The notes under the pieces are model-generated. The model had not been told where the DNA came from. It saw nothing but the letters and a program-made list of their open reading frames with translations, and did no database searches. A stretch of DNA of 64,000 nt from positions 17,057,629 through 17,121,628 of the forward strand of contig NC_092384.1 of NCBI RefSeq assembly GCF_030028105.1, in the 5' to 3' direction. The stretch is from Mobula birostris. Its lineage: Eukaryota. Positions 51,301 through 64,000 of this stretch are shown in pieces (within the stretch, counting starts at the first letter, position 1; each line of letters starts with the position of its first letter). The position numbers were made by a program, and so were the translations under genes.

Positions 51301-53488
51301 GGACATTCTGTAGCGCTGGAAAATAAGGATAGAGTTGAAACAGCGTTAGGAGTGAACGGAAAATAAATAAATCGTGGAGAGAATTACCGACAGTAAGACT
51401 CATACTCAATGGTCAGCTGTTGTGGCTTTGTTAGCCAGACAAATGACTGCTTGTGTTTTGTTAATGGGTAGGTTAAATAATGAACAAAGAAGATACGAAT
51501 ACAAAGATCCTGTCAACTAAGAATAAGATAGGATATGGTGGACCTTTACTTGAAAGTGGGCATGGAAACAATATTTATCAGTGAAGAAATCGATAAGATT
51601 CGAGATGGGAAGTGACCTGAGTGAACGAAGTAAATGAATCATTGGCAAAGTAAAACCTATCGCAGTCATCCGTCTGGTAGATAAATCTTCCAGAAGCAGT
51701 TGAGCAAAAGGGATCACGGGCAGGCGGAAAAGCAAGTGAGTGATATAAACAGATCAGCCACCATCTGCGTTCACCACTCTTGTTTTCAAGGGTGCAGTTT
51801 TCTATTATTTTTGGAATTTTCTCTGGATTGCTGAAATTGATTAAGAATAGGTTCCTGTTTGCGTTATCAAACTGATTATTTATTTCTCCGCCGGTGTTCC
51901 CTTTACCTACCCCTCACCTTCCTTAGTCCCGCACCTCATCCACCAACAACATCAATCTGAAAGTAGAGGCATAGAAATCTAGAGCATACTACAGAATCTT
52001 CGTCGCACAATCTTGGGCCGACCATGTAACCTACTCTAGAAACTGCCAAGAATTTCCCTGCGCACAGCCTTCTATTTTTCTAAGTTCTGACGAAAGACAA
52101 TAATATATTATAAACATATGTTCACCCTGTTCTACCACACACTTAGCTGATGTGTCTGTTTGCTGACTATAAGTGATAGAAATGCTGGGCTGTGTTTAGC
52201 ACCATGTTCTTCGCGAGTACACACCTGGAAACATGACACCCATATAGATCTACTTTCCAACGTCTATTTGCTTTTGGTAAATGTTAAGACTAGCTTAGTG
52301 TGACCATATGCTTTTCTATTCTGCTTCAATGCAGGCTTGGGCAGGTATATAGGTAGGGGCGGATTTTCTTGCCTGTTGGCTGCGCTGAGATTTCCGTTAC
52401 TGCCATGTGATACTGCAGTTGTATTTTACAGCTAATTATAAACATTAAGCCGTGAATGAATATGAAAAGCAAGAGTTTTAATTAACTGAAAAATGTCTAG
52501 GGTAAACTTTCATCATACAGCTTTTACTTATCAAAATTAAAGCAGGGAAGTGTTATCACGAGGACAAGTTGTGAACAATATCGAGCGCTTTCTATTTCCC
52601 TCGGTTGAACGTTGACTTAAGAGAGCAAAAATTGCTTTTTAATCGGTGGATTTCCCAGCCTAAAAAATTCTCTCGCCGTTGATAGCAAATCTCTGTATTT
52701 TTATATTTATCATCTGAGGTGTGTGGAGGCAAAATTATTGGGACGTATTTAAGCAGGAGTAAATCCTATTGCTTAGATTTCCAGCATCTACAGATTTTCT
52801 TTTGTTTTTAAAGGGAAGTAAGTTTTGTTTTCTTGGAAAGATCGCGGACTGTGGAATGGAGCAGAAGACTGAGCTTATCAGACACTACCACCTTGAATGG
52901 CCAAGCAGTCAACGTTCCTTCAAGATTTCCTTTTGTGATTTCATTATAGGCGTTTCTTTCCTTACTTAAAGAGAACTTTAACAAAAGTAAGTTAAGGGAG
53001 TAGCGAAATCCTTGAAGTAGCAGTTATGGTACAAAATATTTGGATAACTCCTAATACAAGCGCATTTTGTGTTATCTGTGTCTGATTGCCACATCCTGTT
53101 TCGTCAAAAGACGTCACAGGTGTTTGCTCAGCCGCACCTGCCAACACAGTTCCAAGTGCACATGGACATTGTCATCAGTGGACAGCGCATAACTGATAGA
53201 ATGAACGTTGGAACTTTGTTGATTCAGGCTGTCTGATTAAAGGTTTGTCACAATTGGGTATTTCCGCCGGTTCAGTTCTCCGCGGTTATCATTAGACATT
53301 AAGAAGGAATCTGATAGGAGCGGACAGTGAACCCTGGAAAACATGGAAGGAGGAGGAGTACCAAGGGGAGGCGATGGGGAAATGAGGAGAAGAGAAGAGG
53401 TGAAAAGGAAATAGGATGAGAAATGGGGGAAAAAAGAGAATGGAATGGTGGAGAGATCACCAACAACTGGAGAAATCGATGCTCATGC

Positions 53489-53745
53489 CTCCGGTTTTCG
53501 CACATTCCAAAGACGGACGGGTTAGGAGGTTAATTATATTTATATTTCAGTATAGTGTCAATGTATGCTCAAGTTTGTAAAATTAACTTCCTTTGGGATT
53601 TTAGATATATACGAACCCCCGGGGTACTCCGATTTTCCCACATTCCAAAGAGGTAGGGGTTAGGAGGTCAATTGGTCACGTGGGTGTGACTGAGCGTCAT
53701 GTACTAGTTGCACTGGAAGGGCTTGTTCGTGCTATATCTCTTATG
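53489..53745 (+). mobile_element. V-SINE/HE1-type SINE fragments
   Basis: ctccggtttt..cacattccaaagac..gggttaggaggt.aatt core, present twice, then ggaagggcttgtt.gtgctatatctct. Confidence 0.55.
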
Positions 53746-54344
53746 CAAATCCATATCATATTCACGCTAATCTCTCTGCATTACCTGGGAATAGACAACG
53801 CGCTCCTCCGGTTGTCCATCCTTGCGAAATCGTTTGCTGATGCTGTGGTTTAGAGAAGCATAGGCAGTGGTGTGCTCTACCAGTGCTTGTCAGCCTGCTA
53901 GAAAAAACATATTTAATACAGCTAACTGAGACAGAGGTCAGTATCATCATAAACTTATTTTGATTTGGACTATAAAGTCACAGAGAAGGTTTAAAAAAAG
54001 GTTGGAATAGCATTTTGTCTGCGCACAATGATAGTGTCCATACATCATACCGGAGGCGGGATCTCAAACATCTCAGGCTAGAAATCGTTATGTTTTCTTT
54101 AGATTTTCAAACGACCGCTTAGAACAATCCCATGAATAGGACGGGATTCTCATTTCTAGCCATCTCTTTTTTTCACCTCCCAAGTCCCATCTCTTACGTT
54201 CCTATAAGTTTTTTTTTTTTTTGTATGGGCATCATCCGATGTTCCACCTCTTATGAATGCGAACGATTATTTAAATCATTGGCATAACCATACAGAAACT
54301 GTGTCCCTGACATTAGCTAAGTTACGGATATTGGAGCAAATGCG

Positions 54345-54400
54345 AAGTCCTGATGCTAAGACTCGCTTAACTAAGTCCTGATGCTAAGACTCGCTTAACT
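54345..54400. repeat. Perfect 28-bp tandem duplication
   Basis: aagtcctgatgctaagactcgcttaact x2. Confidence 0.95.
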
Positions 54401-54744
54401 AAGGCCACAAACACGGAGCGGCATCCTGGGGCTCTGCTGATTTGATAGGTTTGGTTGTAAATCACTTAAATTACGCAGAGCAAACAGACAGGCTGGTTAC
54501 AGAAAATATTAAAATAGCATTTGTTTTGGCTCATATTTAAGGGCATAGTATTTCAGAGTAATAAAGCAATAGCAAAAGTTTAATCATGAATACTTCAGCA
54601 ACTTTGATATTTCTCTGAAGAGCAGCCCTACATTTCTGGAAACGTTACGAACGCTGTTAGAAGTTTTAACGCAGCTCTACTATAGCGCTACTATGTATGG
54701 CTACGTTATCTTGGTGAACTGAAAAGCTGCTGCAGTCCCTTCCT

Positions 54745-56490
54745 TTGCACTTAGCCTGCTTCCTAGAATCAGTGGAACATTGGCTGTTCGACAGAAAACA
54801 GAGTGGGAAGAAAGGGATCCTATTCTGGTTGGATGCCAGTTACCAGTGGAGATCCACAGGGTTCGGTGTTGACACGTTGCTTTTTATGATGTATGTCAAT
54901 GATTTAGACTATGGAATTAATCGATTCGTGCCTAAGTTTGCCGGTGATACAAAGATAGGTGGAGGAGCGGGTAGTGTTGAGGAAATAGAGTCCACAGACA
55001 GACTTAGATAGTTTACGGGAATGAGCAAAGAAGTGGTAAATGAAATACAATGTTGTAAAGTGTATGGTCATGCACTTTGCTGGAAGAAATAAACGGAAAG
55101 GCTATTATTTAGATGGGGAGAGAATTCAAAATGCAGGGATGCAGACGGAGTTGGGAGTCCTTGTGCAGGATACCCTGAAGGTTAACCTCTAGGTTGAGCC
55201 GGTGGTGAAGAAGGCGAATGCAATGTTGGCATTCATTTCTCGAGGTATAGAATATAAGAGTACTCGTGAAACTACACTTGGAGTATTGTGTGCAGTTTTG
55301 GGCTCCTTATTTTAGAACGGATATACTGACATTGGATAGGGTTCAGAGCAGATTCACGAGAATGGTTCCAGGATTGAAAGGGTTACCGTATGAGAAAAGT
55401 CTGGCAGCTCTTGGACTATATTCCCTGGAGTTCAGGAGAATGCCAGAGGATCTCATAGAAACATTCCAAATGTTAAAGGACTGTCAAGATTTGAGATGGC
55501 AAAATTATTTCCCATGCTTGGAGAGTCTAGGACAAGAGGGCACCCAGTTATGCATCCGGAATTCCCACGAGTCGTTGAGGATGTTAAGCTGCTTTCATAG
55601 ACATTTTGTCGCCAACATTGAATTCCATCTTCTGTGCTCTCGGAATTGAAATCGTTCATAGTAACGTATAATTTGTCCATTGGATCCAGCTGGATGTCAT
55701 CGAGGTGGGGATGCTGAGTTCGGCCGGAAGTGGACACCAACATTGTTGATCTTATCCTGCTGTGGGTCTGGATGAATTGTAAGAGAATGTTCAAATGAGA
55801 GACAGCTCTTGAGGATTTTTTTTCACCCAGAGAGTGGTGGATATACGGAATGCTCTGCCCCAGAAGACTGTGGATACCAAGTCTCTGGATGCTTTCAAGA
55901 AAGACATGGCTAGACCTCTTAAAGATAGCGGAATCAAAGGTTGTGGGGATAAGGCAGGAACTGAATACTGATTGTGGATGATCAGCCATGATCACAGTGA
56001 ATGGTGGTGCTGGCTCGAAGGGCTGAATGGCCTACGCCTGCACCTATTGTCTATCGTCTATTGTCTTCTTTACCTTTCAGGTCATTTAAGTTGTCTAATC
56101 TAGAAAAGTCACTGTGGCAGAATACACCGGCTGCAGTGGATATGTTTTCTGCCGAGACTGGAGATCCTGAGCTTCAGATGCTCCTTTCCTCGATACATAA
56201 GTACCAAAGATGACACTGTGATTTATTCCCCATGAACCACTGTCTGTTCTTCATTAGACGATTCTTCATGGCGTGTAGGAATGAAACAGTTGAGACCAGT
56301 TCATTGGCTATATTTAAGAGGGAGTTAGATATGGCCCTTGTGGCTACGGGGGTCAGGGGGTATGACGGGAAGGCTGGGGCGGGGTTCTGAGTTGGATGAT
56401 CAGCCATGATCATAATAAATGGCGGTGCAGGCTCGAAGGACCGAATGGCCTACTCCTGCACCTATTTTCTATGTATGTTTTCTATGAAAC
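54745..56490 (+). mobile_element. CR1 fragments of several subfamilies (about 54745-55547, 55808-56060, 56270-56490)
   Basis: FAGDTKIGGG, KLHLEYCVQFW and typical CR1 3' ends. Confidence 0.85.
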
Positions 56491-56974
56491 GGTAACTTGG
56501 ACCGATTACTGAGCAATTAAAAAGAAGCTGGCTGAAAAAATTGCCTCGGTTAAGCACTTGTGAGATTGTCGTGGCTGCTTTTATGCGACAATTAAATAAG
56601 ACTGCACACACATCATTAATTGTAAATGCTTTAGAGATAGTCCTGTATCTCTATAGTTTCACCGCCGTAGATTTTGTTCATTGTTAACTGGCATGGAATA
56701 GCACAAAGTATAAGAAAATTCGTGTTTTTAAGTATTTAATTTATCGGTTTATGAATTCAAATGCTTGAATATTTCTGATAACGTCAGAAAAATCAAGATT
56801 TTTCCAACTGTTAAGCACAGCTTTCGTCAGGTCTGCGGACTGACTGTGAATCTAGATTTCTAATTTGTGAGACATTTTGGTCCACCCCACCGTCGCGCCT
56901 TTAAATGTCTCTACCTTCATAGGAATCATATTCCCAAATGTTTTCCACAATGTCTTTCTATGATAGAACAGCAC

Positions 56975-57430
56975 AGGAACAGGTCTTCCGACCCACAATG
57001 CTGCGCCAAACCAGCTAAAAAGCACACCAAAACACCTAAATACTAATCGCACCCACCTAAGTTATTTTCATATTCCTTCATCTTCCTTATATCCAGGGGC
57101 CTATCCAAGTTTTATTAAAAGCCCCTATTGTATTTGCCGTTATCATCATGCCAGGCAGGGCATTCCAGGCATCCACGACTCTCTAAGTCAAAAAGCTTTC
57201 CTCTCACGTCTCCTTTAAACCCATCTGCTCTCACCTTCAATTTCATTTCACGTTTCAAATTTGGGCAACCGATACTCTCTGTGCACTATCTATATCTCTG
57301 ATATTCTTGTAAACCTCACTCAGATCAGCCCTCAGCCTTCGACGGCCCAATGAAAACAACCCAAGTTTATCTAGCCTCTCGGTATAGTATAAACGTTTCA
57401 AGCCAATCTTCGTTATTCTTTTGCTGTGTT
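56975..57430 (-). mobile_element. CR1 3' fragment
   Basis: YTERLDKLGLFSLGRRRLRADLSEVYK. Confidence 0.75.
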
Positions 57431-58389
57431 GGACTTTGTCTGACTGCAAAATTAATGCTACTGTTTGATACCGTTGGGCAGAAGTGACAGGCATATCCTA
57501 GCAGGCTCGGATCCATCGGCTGAGAAAGAAATCGTCTTAACACTTCAAGTTGATAGTTTTTCAGTCAGCCATGAACAGCAATATTTGGTATTTTCCCCTC
57601 TTTGGAAAAAGTTCCTTACGGGCCATGGCTCCTCATGTTTTTTTCGCTTAATTTCGGTTTACAGACATCCGCAGTGCTGTTTTCCATTAATTACCCTGCT
57701 TTCCATTAACCATCTAACGTGATATGCGATAAACACTTTGAGGCATGAACCTCCTTCCCCTTTCATTTGTCTTTAAATGCATCGTGGAAATATTTTGGTT
57801 AAAGGCAACTCTGGACATTATCATGGAATTTTTCTATCTGTTCTTTACCCCAATAACACTGCTTTTAATATAAGATGGATGAGTACAGCACAGGAATAAG
57901 ATCTTCGGAGAACTGTCTGTCGCAAACTCGATGTCAAATTAAACTAAATCTTTGCAACCTGATTGTGCTCTATATCCCAAAATTTACTGAACTTCGAATA
58001 TCCATTCATAAGCCTCTTTCTTACAGTATCTTCTTCTGCTTTCACCTTTAATGTACAAAGATTTTTGTTTAATTCCTGCATGTAAGGTACGTCGAGTTCC
58101 TGGCGCTCCTACATTTTATGCGAATTGAAATTTTCGCAAAAATTAGTCACGTGTGTCTGCGAGTCCATATGAAGAAAATGTATACCGTTTAAATGAAAGG
58201 GCAGGACTTTCAACTAATTCTCAAATGTATTTTCTAACTCGTCCAAGTCTGGAATACGTTAAAGTCATTAAATAACACTCTAGCTCTCAGTGACCTGAAG
58301 CGGATATTATTTCATGTAATCTATGAATTCTGATATGAGTTGCACTATCTGTAAGATTACACAACTGCCACGAAGAAGCTCAACAATGA

Positions 58390-60720
58390 AATTAGGAGAG
58401 CTGGAATGGGGCATCAGAACGCCTTGGCGAGCAGGATTAAGGAAATTGCCATAACATTCTACAAGTATGTGAAGAGCAAGAAGTTGAGCTGTGAGGGAAT
58501 AGGACCAATGAGGAGAGAGAGTGGAAACATGTGCATGGAACCGGAGGAGGTAGCGGAGATACTTAATGAATACTTTGCTTCAGAATGCGCTAGTGAAAAG
58601 GACCTTGGCAATTGTGGAGATGACTTACAGCAGACTGGAACGCTTGAGTGTATAGACATTAAGAATGAAGATGTGCTGGAGCATTTGAAAGGTATTATGA
58701 ATAGGGACGGCAGGGTACCAGAGGATGGAAGGTTGCAAATGTTGTTTACTTCTTCGATAAAGGGAGTAGAGATAACCCAGGGAATTATAGACCAGCGAAT
58801 CCTATTTCCGGGGTAGGCTAATTGTTGGAGAAGATCCTGAGAGATAGGATTTGTGAGCATTTGGAGAGACATAATTTGATTAGGGATAGTCAGCATGGCT
58901 TTGGCTTTGTCAAGGGCAGTACATGCCTTACGAACCTGATTGAATTCTTTGAGGATGTAACAAAACACATTGATGAAGGTAGAATTGAATCGAATTGAAT
59001 TGAATTTATCTTAATATTTGAATACATGCTCATCTCCGTCTAAATGTGCAACAAACAATTTATAGTAATTTATAATAAATAGTATGTCAAGCATACTATA
59101 ACATATAACATACTATAACTTATAATACAGTTGTGTCAACATGAGTTAAGCAGTTTTGTGACCTGGTGGAAGAAGCTGTCCTGGAGCCTGTTGGTTCCCG
59201 TTTTAAGATTACATACAATTTTATTGTCATTCTGCCGAGTACAGATACAAAGCCAACGAAATGTAGTTAGCATCTGAACAGAAATGCAAAGAATAGTGTT
59301 ATTTACAAAATAAGTGCAAATAAAAAGTAAGTGCTGCAGCACACAAATATAAAAGTACTGAGACAGTACAATATGGGTACAATACTTGTAGCGCTGTCAT
59401 GCGAGGTTCAGCAGGGTCACAGCCACTAGGGAAAAGCTCTTCCTGTGCCTGCCGGTGCGGGAGTGGAGGGTCCTGTAGTGCCTACCGGATGGGATGAGAG
59501 TAAAAAGTCCATGGTTAGGGTGAGGTGCATCCCTGATAATGCTTTTTGCCCTGCCCAGGCAGCATTTATGATAGATGTTCTCAGTGGTGGGCAATTGGGT
59601 GCCTATAATCCGCTGGGCAGTTTTCAGCAGACGCTGGAGTGCTTTGCGGTCCGATATGGGACAATTGCCATACCACACTGAGATGCAATTGGTGAGTATG
59701 CTCTCAATGGTACAGTGGTAAAAGTCCGTCAGTATCCTGGGACAGAGGTGAGCTTTCTTGATGCTCCGCAGGAAATAAAGGCAATCTTGCGCCTTTTTGA
59801 TCAGGATCGAGGGGTTCAGAGACCAGGAAAGAGCCTCGGAAATGTGGACACCAAGGAATTTGAAGCTTGATACACGCTCCGCTATAGCTCCGTTGATGTG
59901 GATGCGGACGTGAGTATGGCTGCGAGTATGCCTGAAGTCCACAATGATATCCTTGGTCTTCTGGGTGTTAAGGGCCAAGTAGCTGTCGACACACCAGGCG
60001 GCCAGGTGCTGGACCTCGTCCCTGTAGGCGGTCTCGTCGTCCCCTCTGATCAGACCAACCACCGTGGAGTCGTCTGCGAACTTGATTATGGAGTTAGAAC
60101 GCAGTCATAGGTGAAAATGGAATACAGAAGAGGGCTCAGAATCAACACACAGCCTTGAGGCAAGCCGGTGTTCAGGTTGAGAGTGGAGGAGGAGAGGTTG
60201 TCTAACTTAAGTGATTGGGGTCTGTTACTCAGAAAGCTGCGGTACCGTTTCTCTGATGGTAGCAGCGGGAAGAGTTTGTACCAAAGCTTTCTTTACTACC
60301 CTATCTACCTGTGCCGCCACTTTCAACAAATTATGCAGCTGTATTCCTAGATCCTTTTGTTCTATCACACTCCTCAGTGCCCTGCCATTCACCGTGTAAG
60401 ACCGACCCTGGGTGGTCCCGCCGAAATGCAACATCTCGTACTTGTCTACAGTAAGTTCCAACTACCTCACCTTGAATGCCAAGCGACTGAACATTCTTGA
60501 CCAACTTTCCATGTGGGCCTTGTCAAATGCCTTACTAAAGTCGACGTTGGAAACATGCGCTGTCTTCATCCACTTCCCTGTTAACCTCCTCAGAAAACTC
60601 TATCAGATTGGTTAGAAATGACGTACAATGCACGAAGCCATGCTGACTCTCTTTAATCAGTCCATCTCTATCCAAATACTTCAATATCCGGTCCCTTAGA
60701 ATATCTTCCAATTACTTTCC
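58390..60720. mobile_element. CR1 fragments (+ 58390-58985; - 60170-60720) flanking a Rex1 insertion
   Basis: EILNEYFAS, QHGF..CLTNLIEFFED; the reverse strand carries DFSKAFDK-like and LHFGG motifs. Confidence 0.75.
58985..60165 (-). mobile_element. Rex1/Babar LINE RT C-terminus
   Basis: ORF 59397-60062: DDETAYRDEV..LNTQKTKDIIVDFR..FKFLGVHIS..FYHCTIESILT..LIPSGRHYR; (ATTCA)n tail. Confidence 0.9.
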
Positions 60721-60740
60721 CCCTACCGCTGTCAAGCACG

Positions 60741-62298
60741 TTGTTGTTCAGTCGTTACCTCATGGACTCCTGTACACTAAGCCGTCTTGTTGGAAACTGC
60801 CTCTCTAAGATCCCCCAAGGTTATACGCACTGTCTGAGTGTATTATCCTCTGTCATTGTAGCCTCTGTCGCCCCCAACTTCTTTTACCTTCTGTTTTACC
60901 TAACATGACAGTATTCTCCAAGGAATACTGTCTACTCACGACTGGTCAAAATATTTGAACTTTTTTCTCATAATCAAGCCTCCTAATGAGCAGTCTGGCT
61001 GTATTTCTTCAAGTATTGTCTTGTTGGGTCTTTTTGCTCGCTAACGAACTCTTAACACTTCCCTCCAGCATCCAAATGCAAAGGTGTTGATTCTTTTGTA
61101 TTAAGTCTTACTAATAATCCAGCTCCCATAGCCATACATCGCAAATGGAAATACTATAGACTGGACAATACGGATTTTCGTAGACAATGTTATATTTCTG
61201 CTCTGCAGTATTTTATCTAAATTTGCCATTGCTGCGCTCCCCAGAAGTAAACGCAGTTTAATTTTGTGGCTGCAGTTCCCATTTATAGAAATATTTGAAC
61301 TAAGTAAGACAAAATCCGTCACTGTTTCCACTTCCTTTCCATTTATTAGCATGGAGTTGATAGGGATGGTCGACATAATCTTGGTTTTCATCATATTGAG
61401 TGACAATCCAGCTTTTGCACTTTCTTTTTTCACTTTGATTAGAAGCTTCCTCAGAGCCTCCTTACTTTCAGCCTTTGGAGTACTATCACCTGCACGTCTG
61501 AGTTTCGTCCGGCTATTTTGATTCCAACAGTTGAGTCCTCTACACCAGCATTACTCATGATGTGTCCAGCATATAGATTAAATAAGCAGGGTGACAGTAG
61601 GCAGCCTTGCCAAACTCCTTTCCCAATCTTGTTCCGTTTTTTTGTTACGTGTTCAGTTCTAACTATTGCATCTTGATCTTCGTACAAGTTTCTCATAAGG
61701 CAGACTAGAGGTCCAGGTATCCCCAATTCTTTAAAGATTTGCCATAGTTTATTATAGTCCACACTGTCGATGGCTTTAGAGTAGTCAATATAGGTAAACA
61801 CTTTTCGGAATTCCCTCGATTTCTCCATTATAATTTGGTGTCTGGTGACTCTGCCTCTTCTAAAACCAGCTTGTACATCTGGCAGTTTTCGTTCCATATA
61901 TTACTGGAGTCTTGCTTGTATGATGTTTAGCATTAACTTGCTAGCATGTGAAATTAGTGAAATTGTTCGGTAATTTGAACATAACTTACATTTTTCATTT
62001 TGGGAATTGTGATATGAACTGATCTTTTCCAGCTTAAAGGCCATTGTTGGGTTTTCCAGGGAAAACTGCTGGGAAATTGCATGCAACACTTTTACACAAC
62101 ATCACCTTTTAAAGTTTTAAACAATTCAACTGGAATCCTGTCACATCCTTCAGCCTTATTAACCTTTTATCACCCATTCGACTTCAGTTTGCAGAATGTC
62201 TGTCTCTAGATCAATGAGGGAGTCGTTGTAAATGTCTTCACCGTTGGCATCTTTCCTGTCAAATTTTTCTATGTATTCCTGTCATTTCCTTATGTTTG
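60741..62298 (-). mobile_element. RTE-clade LINE of BovB type, internally deleted
   Basis: LPDVQAGFRRGR..IDYSKAIDSVDYNKLW..LMRNLYEDQ..GKGVWQGCLLSPCLFNLY; NCSHKIKLRLLLG..ITLSTKIRIV..VFP..YG; 3' end ttgttgttcagtcg (CAA tail). Confidence 0.9.
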
Positions 62299-62559
62299 AA
62301 TGGCGGTGCAGACCTGGTCCTGGACCTGGACCTTAGCACCCGGAAGGCAACATCATCGAAAAATGTCTTTGTCGTCCGCAGAACATCCTTGCTGTTCTCC
62401 TAAAGAATCCCCTATATCCACAGCTCCCCTCTCGAATAGTATCCAAAGTGCTATACCTGCTGTTGAGGGGAATGGCCACAATGTACTCTGCGCTGGCAGT
62501 TAAGATCCTTCCCCTTCCTGACTATCACCCAAATATAAACTGCAAATAAACTTTCTGCC

Positions 62560-63498
62560 AGAACAAAAATATTATTTGATTCGTACTTTCAATGAGAACA
62601 ACGCAATAAAAGACCCACCTTCAGCACTACACAAATATACAGGACATGTAGAGCCACAAGGCTGTGTTAGTGGCAAAAGACATGAATGACAAGTCCACTA
62701 ACCATGTTCAGAAAAGCCTGAAATGAAAACTCGATGGATATCCTGGTTAAAATGCACAACTGAAAAAATGGAAGGAAGCAAAAGACATAGCATAACATCA
62801 AAGCGCAGGTAACGTAGATTAATGAGCAATTTGGGTATTTAACTGAAATTCTCGTTTTTATGCGATAATGAGCATTATTATTTTAAAATAACACGATCTT
62901 AACGTAATGCTTTAGAGTAAAAGATAACGTGTTTGCATCAAATATATGCACGTAATGCTTTAGAGTAAAAAATAACGTGTTTGCCTCAAATTACTAATCA
63001 ACTTCGTTGTTCCTCGGAATATTGACAAGCATCCTTGAACATGTGAAATAATAATTGAAATAAAAGGAAACTACTCGACTAATTCGGTGGGCCAGGCAGT
63101 GCGGGTGAAGGCATGCGGGTGTTTAATGTTTTGAGCTCGAGACTCGGGATTTAGAGTGTAGAGGGAAGATGTGCAATATATAAAATGAAAAGGAGGTGTG
63201 CGACCGGTGGTAGATGGAACCAAGCTCGTGGGATGGAGTGGTGGAGACTTTGCAAGCGGAACGAGAAAACATTAATCCAATTTGCTCATTACGGAATCCT
63301 GTAAAAATATATAATATCGGTCGAGTCAAACATGTTTTATTAAGGTGGATTAAAGGGTATATATTGGACAGTTAATAGGAGATATCATTACCATCCAAGA
63401 AAACGATACCATGTGATTAATGCTGCTCAGTCGGCAGTGTAAAGCGACCTTTATTTAAGATGTTTAGTGAAACGCATTTTTGAGTGTAATATATCTTC
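62560..63498 (+). repeat. Direct duplicate of 36210-36560 plus 47210-47600
   Basis: aaagcctgaaatgaaaactc.atggatatcctg.tta.aatgcacaactg at 36365 and 62713; atccaatttgctcatt at 47379 and 63275. Confidence 0.85.
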
Positions 63499-64000
63499 TG
63501 TCATAAGGAGGTGGCTGACACAGTGCAAGACACAGACACTGAAGGACGGGGGACAGGACTAGGATACCGGGTGAGAAAAAGGACATGGACAGGAAAACCG
63601 GGAACCCGGAACTGGACTGGACAAGAGAGCTAGGAGCCAGGGCTTGGACTCCGAGCCAGAGACTGGACAAGGACCCAGTACCTGGGTCTTGCCTCTGGCT
63701 CGGACCCAAGAACTAGGCAAGGACGAGGCTTGGCAGGCAGGCAGGACGAGGTTGGAGTCTTCAGGCTTGAGGTTAGAGGCGAGGTTTGGCAGGAGCCAGG
63801 ATGCTGGAGTCTTCAGGCTTGAGGCTAGAGGCAAAGCTTGGCAGGAGGCAGGAGGCTGGAGTCTTCAGACTTGAGGCTAGAGACTTGAGGCGAGGCTTGG
63901 CAGGAGGTAGGAGGCTGGAGTCCTGAGTCTAGAGGCTAGAGACGAGGCTTGGCAGGAGGTAGGAGACTGGAGTCCTCAGTCTTGAGGCTAGAGGCTAGAG
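63499..64000 (-). mobile_element. LTR of the TGTCAT family (3' end), running off the window, with ~50-bp tandem units
   Basis: tgtcataag terminus, gcaagacacagacactgaag (reverse of the family 3' end), repeated gaggcttggcaggagg..ggagtc..gaggctagag. Confidence 0.8.

Noticed and set aside
51300-51800. Unique sequence with ORF 51517-51735 next to the L1 5' end
   Set aside because: No recognisable domain or consistent splice structure in any frame.
53048-53236. Frame with LFRQK..GTLLIQAV resembling Ig strands C and E
   Set aside because: No Trp or properly spaced Cys; stop before any YYC.
58027-58086. 60-nt AG/GT-bounded segment YLLLLSPLMYKDFCLIPACK
   Set aside because: Isolated, with no compatible neighbouring exons or homology.

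Overview
Repeat-dense vertebrate genomic DNA. The repeat families (elasmobranch-type CR1 LINEs, Penelope-like elements, Rex1, a V-SINE) suggest a cartilaginous fish, probably a ray; this is inference. Most ORFs in the supplied track are transposon debris or antisense shadows of it. One host gene stands out on the + strand. It is a non-rearranging, antigen-receptor-like IgSF gene: leader (2142-2196), one exon carrying a V domain already fused to a J-like G strand (2365-2670), a C1-set exon (4586-4882) and a TM exon (11960-12062). Three further phase-compatible small exons (12256-12308, 12591-12638, 18678-18796) would add a cytoplasmic tail ending in an ITIM (VTYFSI), for 326 aa in total; the tail is less certain. 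Directly downstream lies a scrambled, dead paralog. It comprises an inverted block (about 23150-32381, starting at the V/J boundary), an orphan leader with ATG>ACG and GT>GC (32408-32462), and a direct copy of the tail region (about 33660-35730). Its 3' flank recurs at about 62560-63500, which suggests a birth-and-death tandem cluster. The rest is nested TEs, including a chromodomain Gypsy, solo LTRs, two hAT fossils, an L1 and a BovB-type RTE. No RSS, tRNA, rRNA or CRISPR features were found. TE boundaries are approximate, and all alignments were made by eye.
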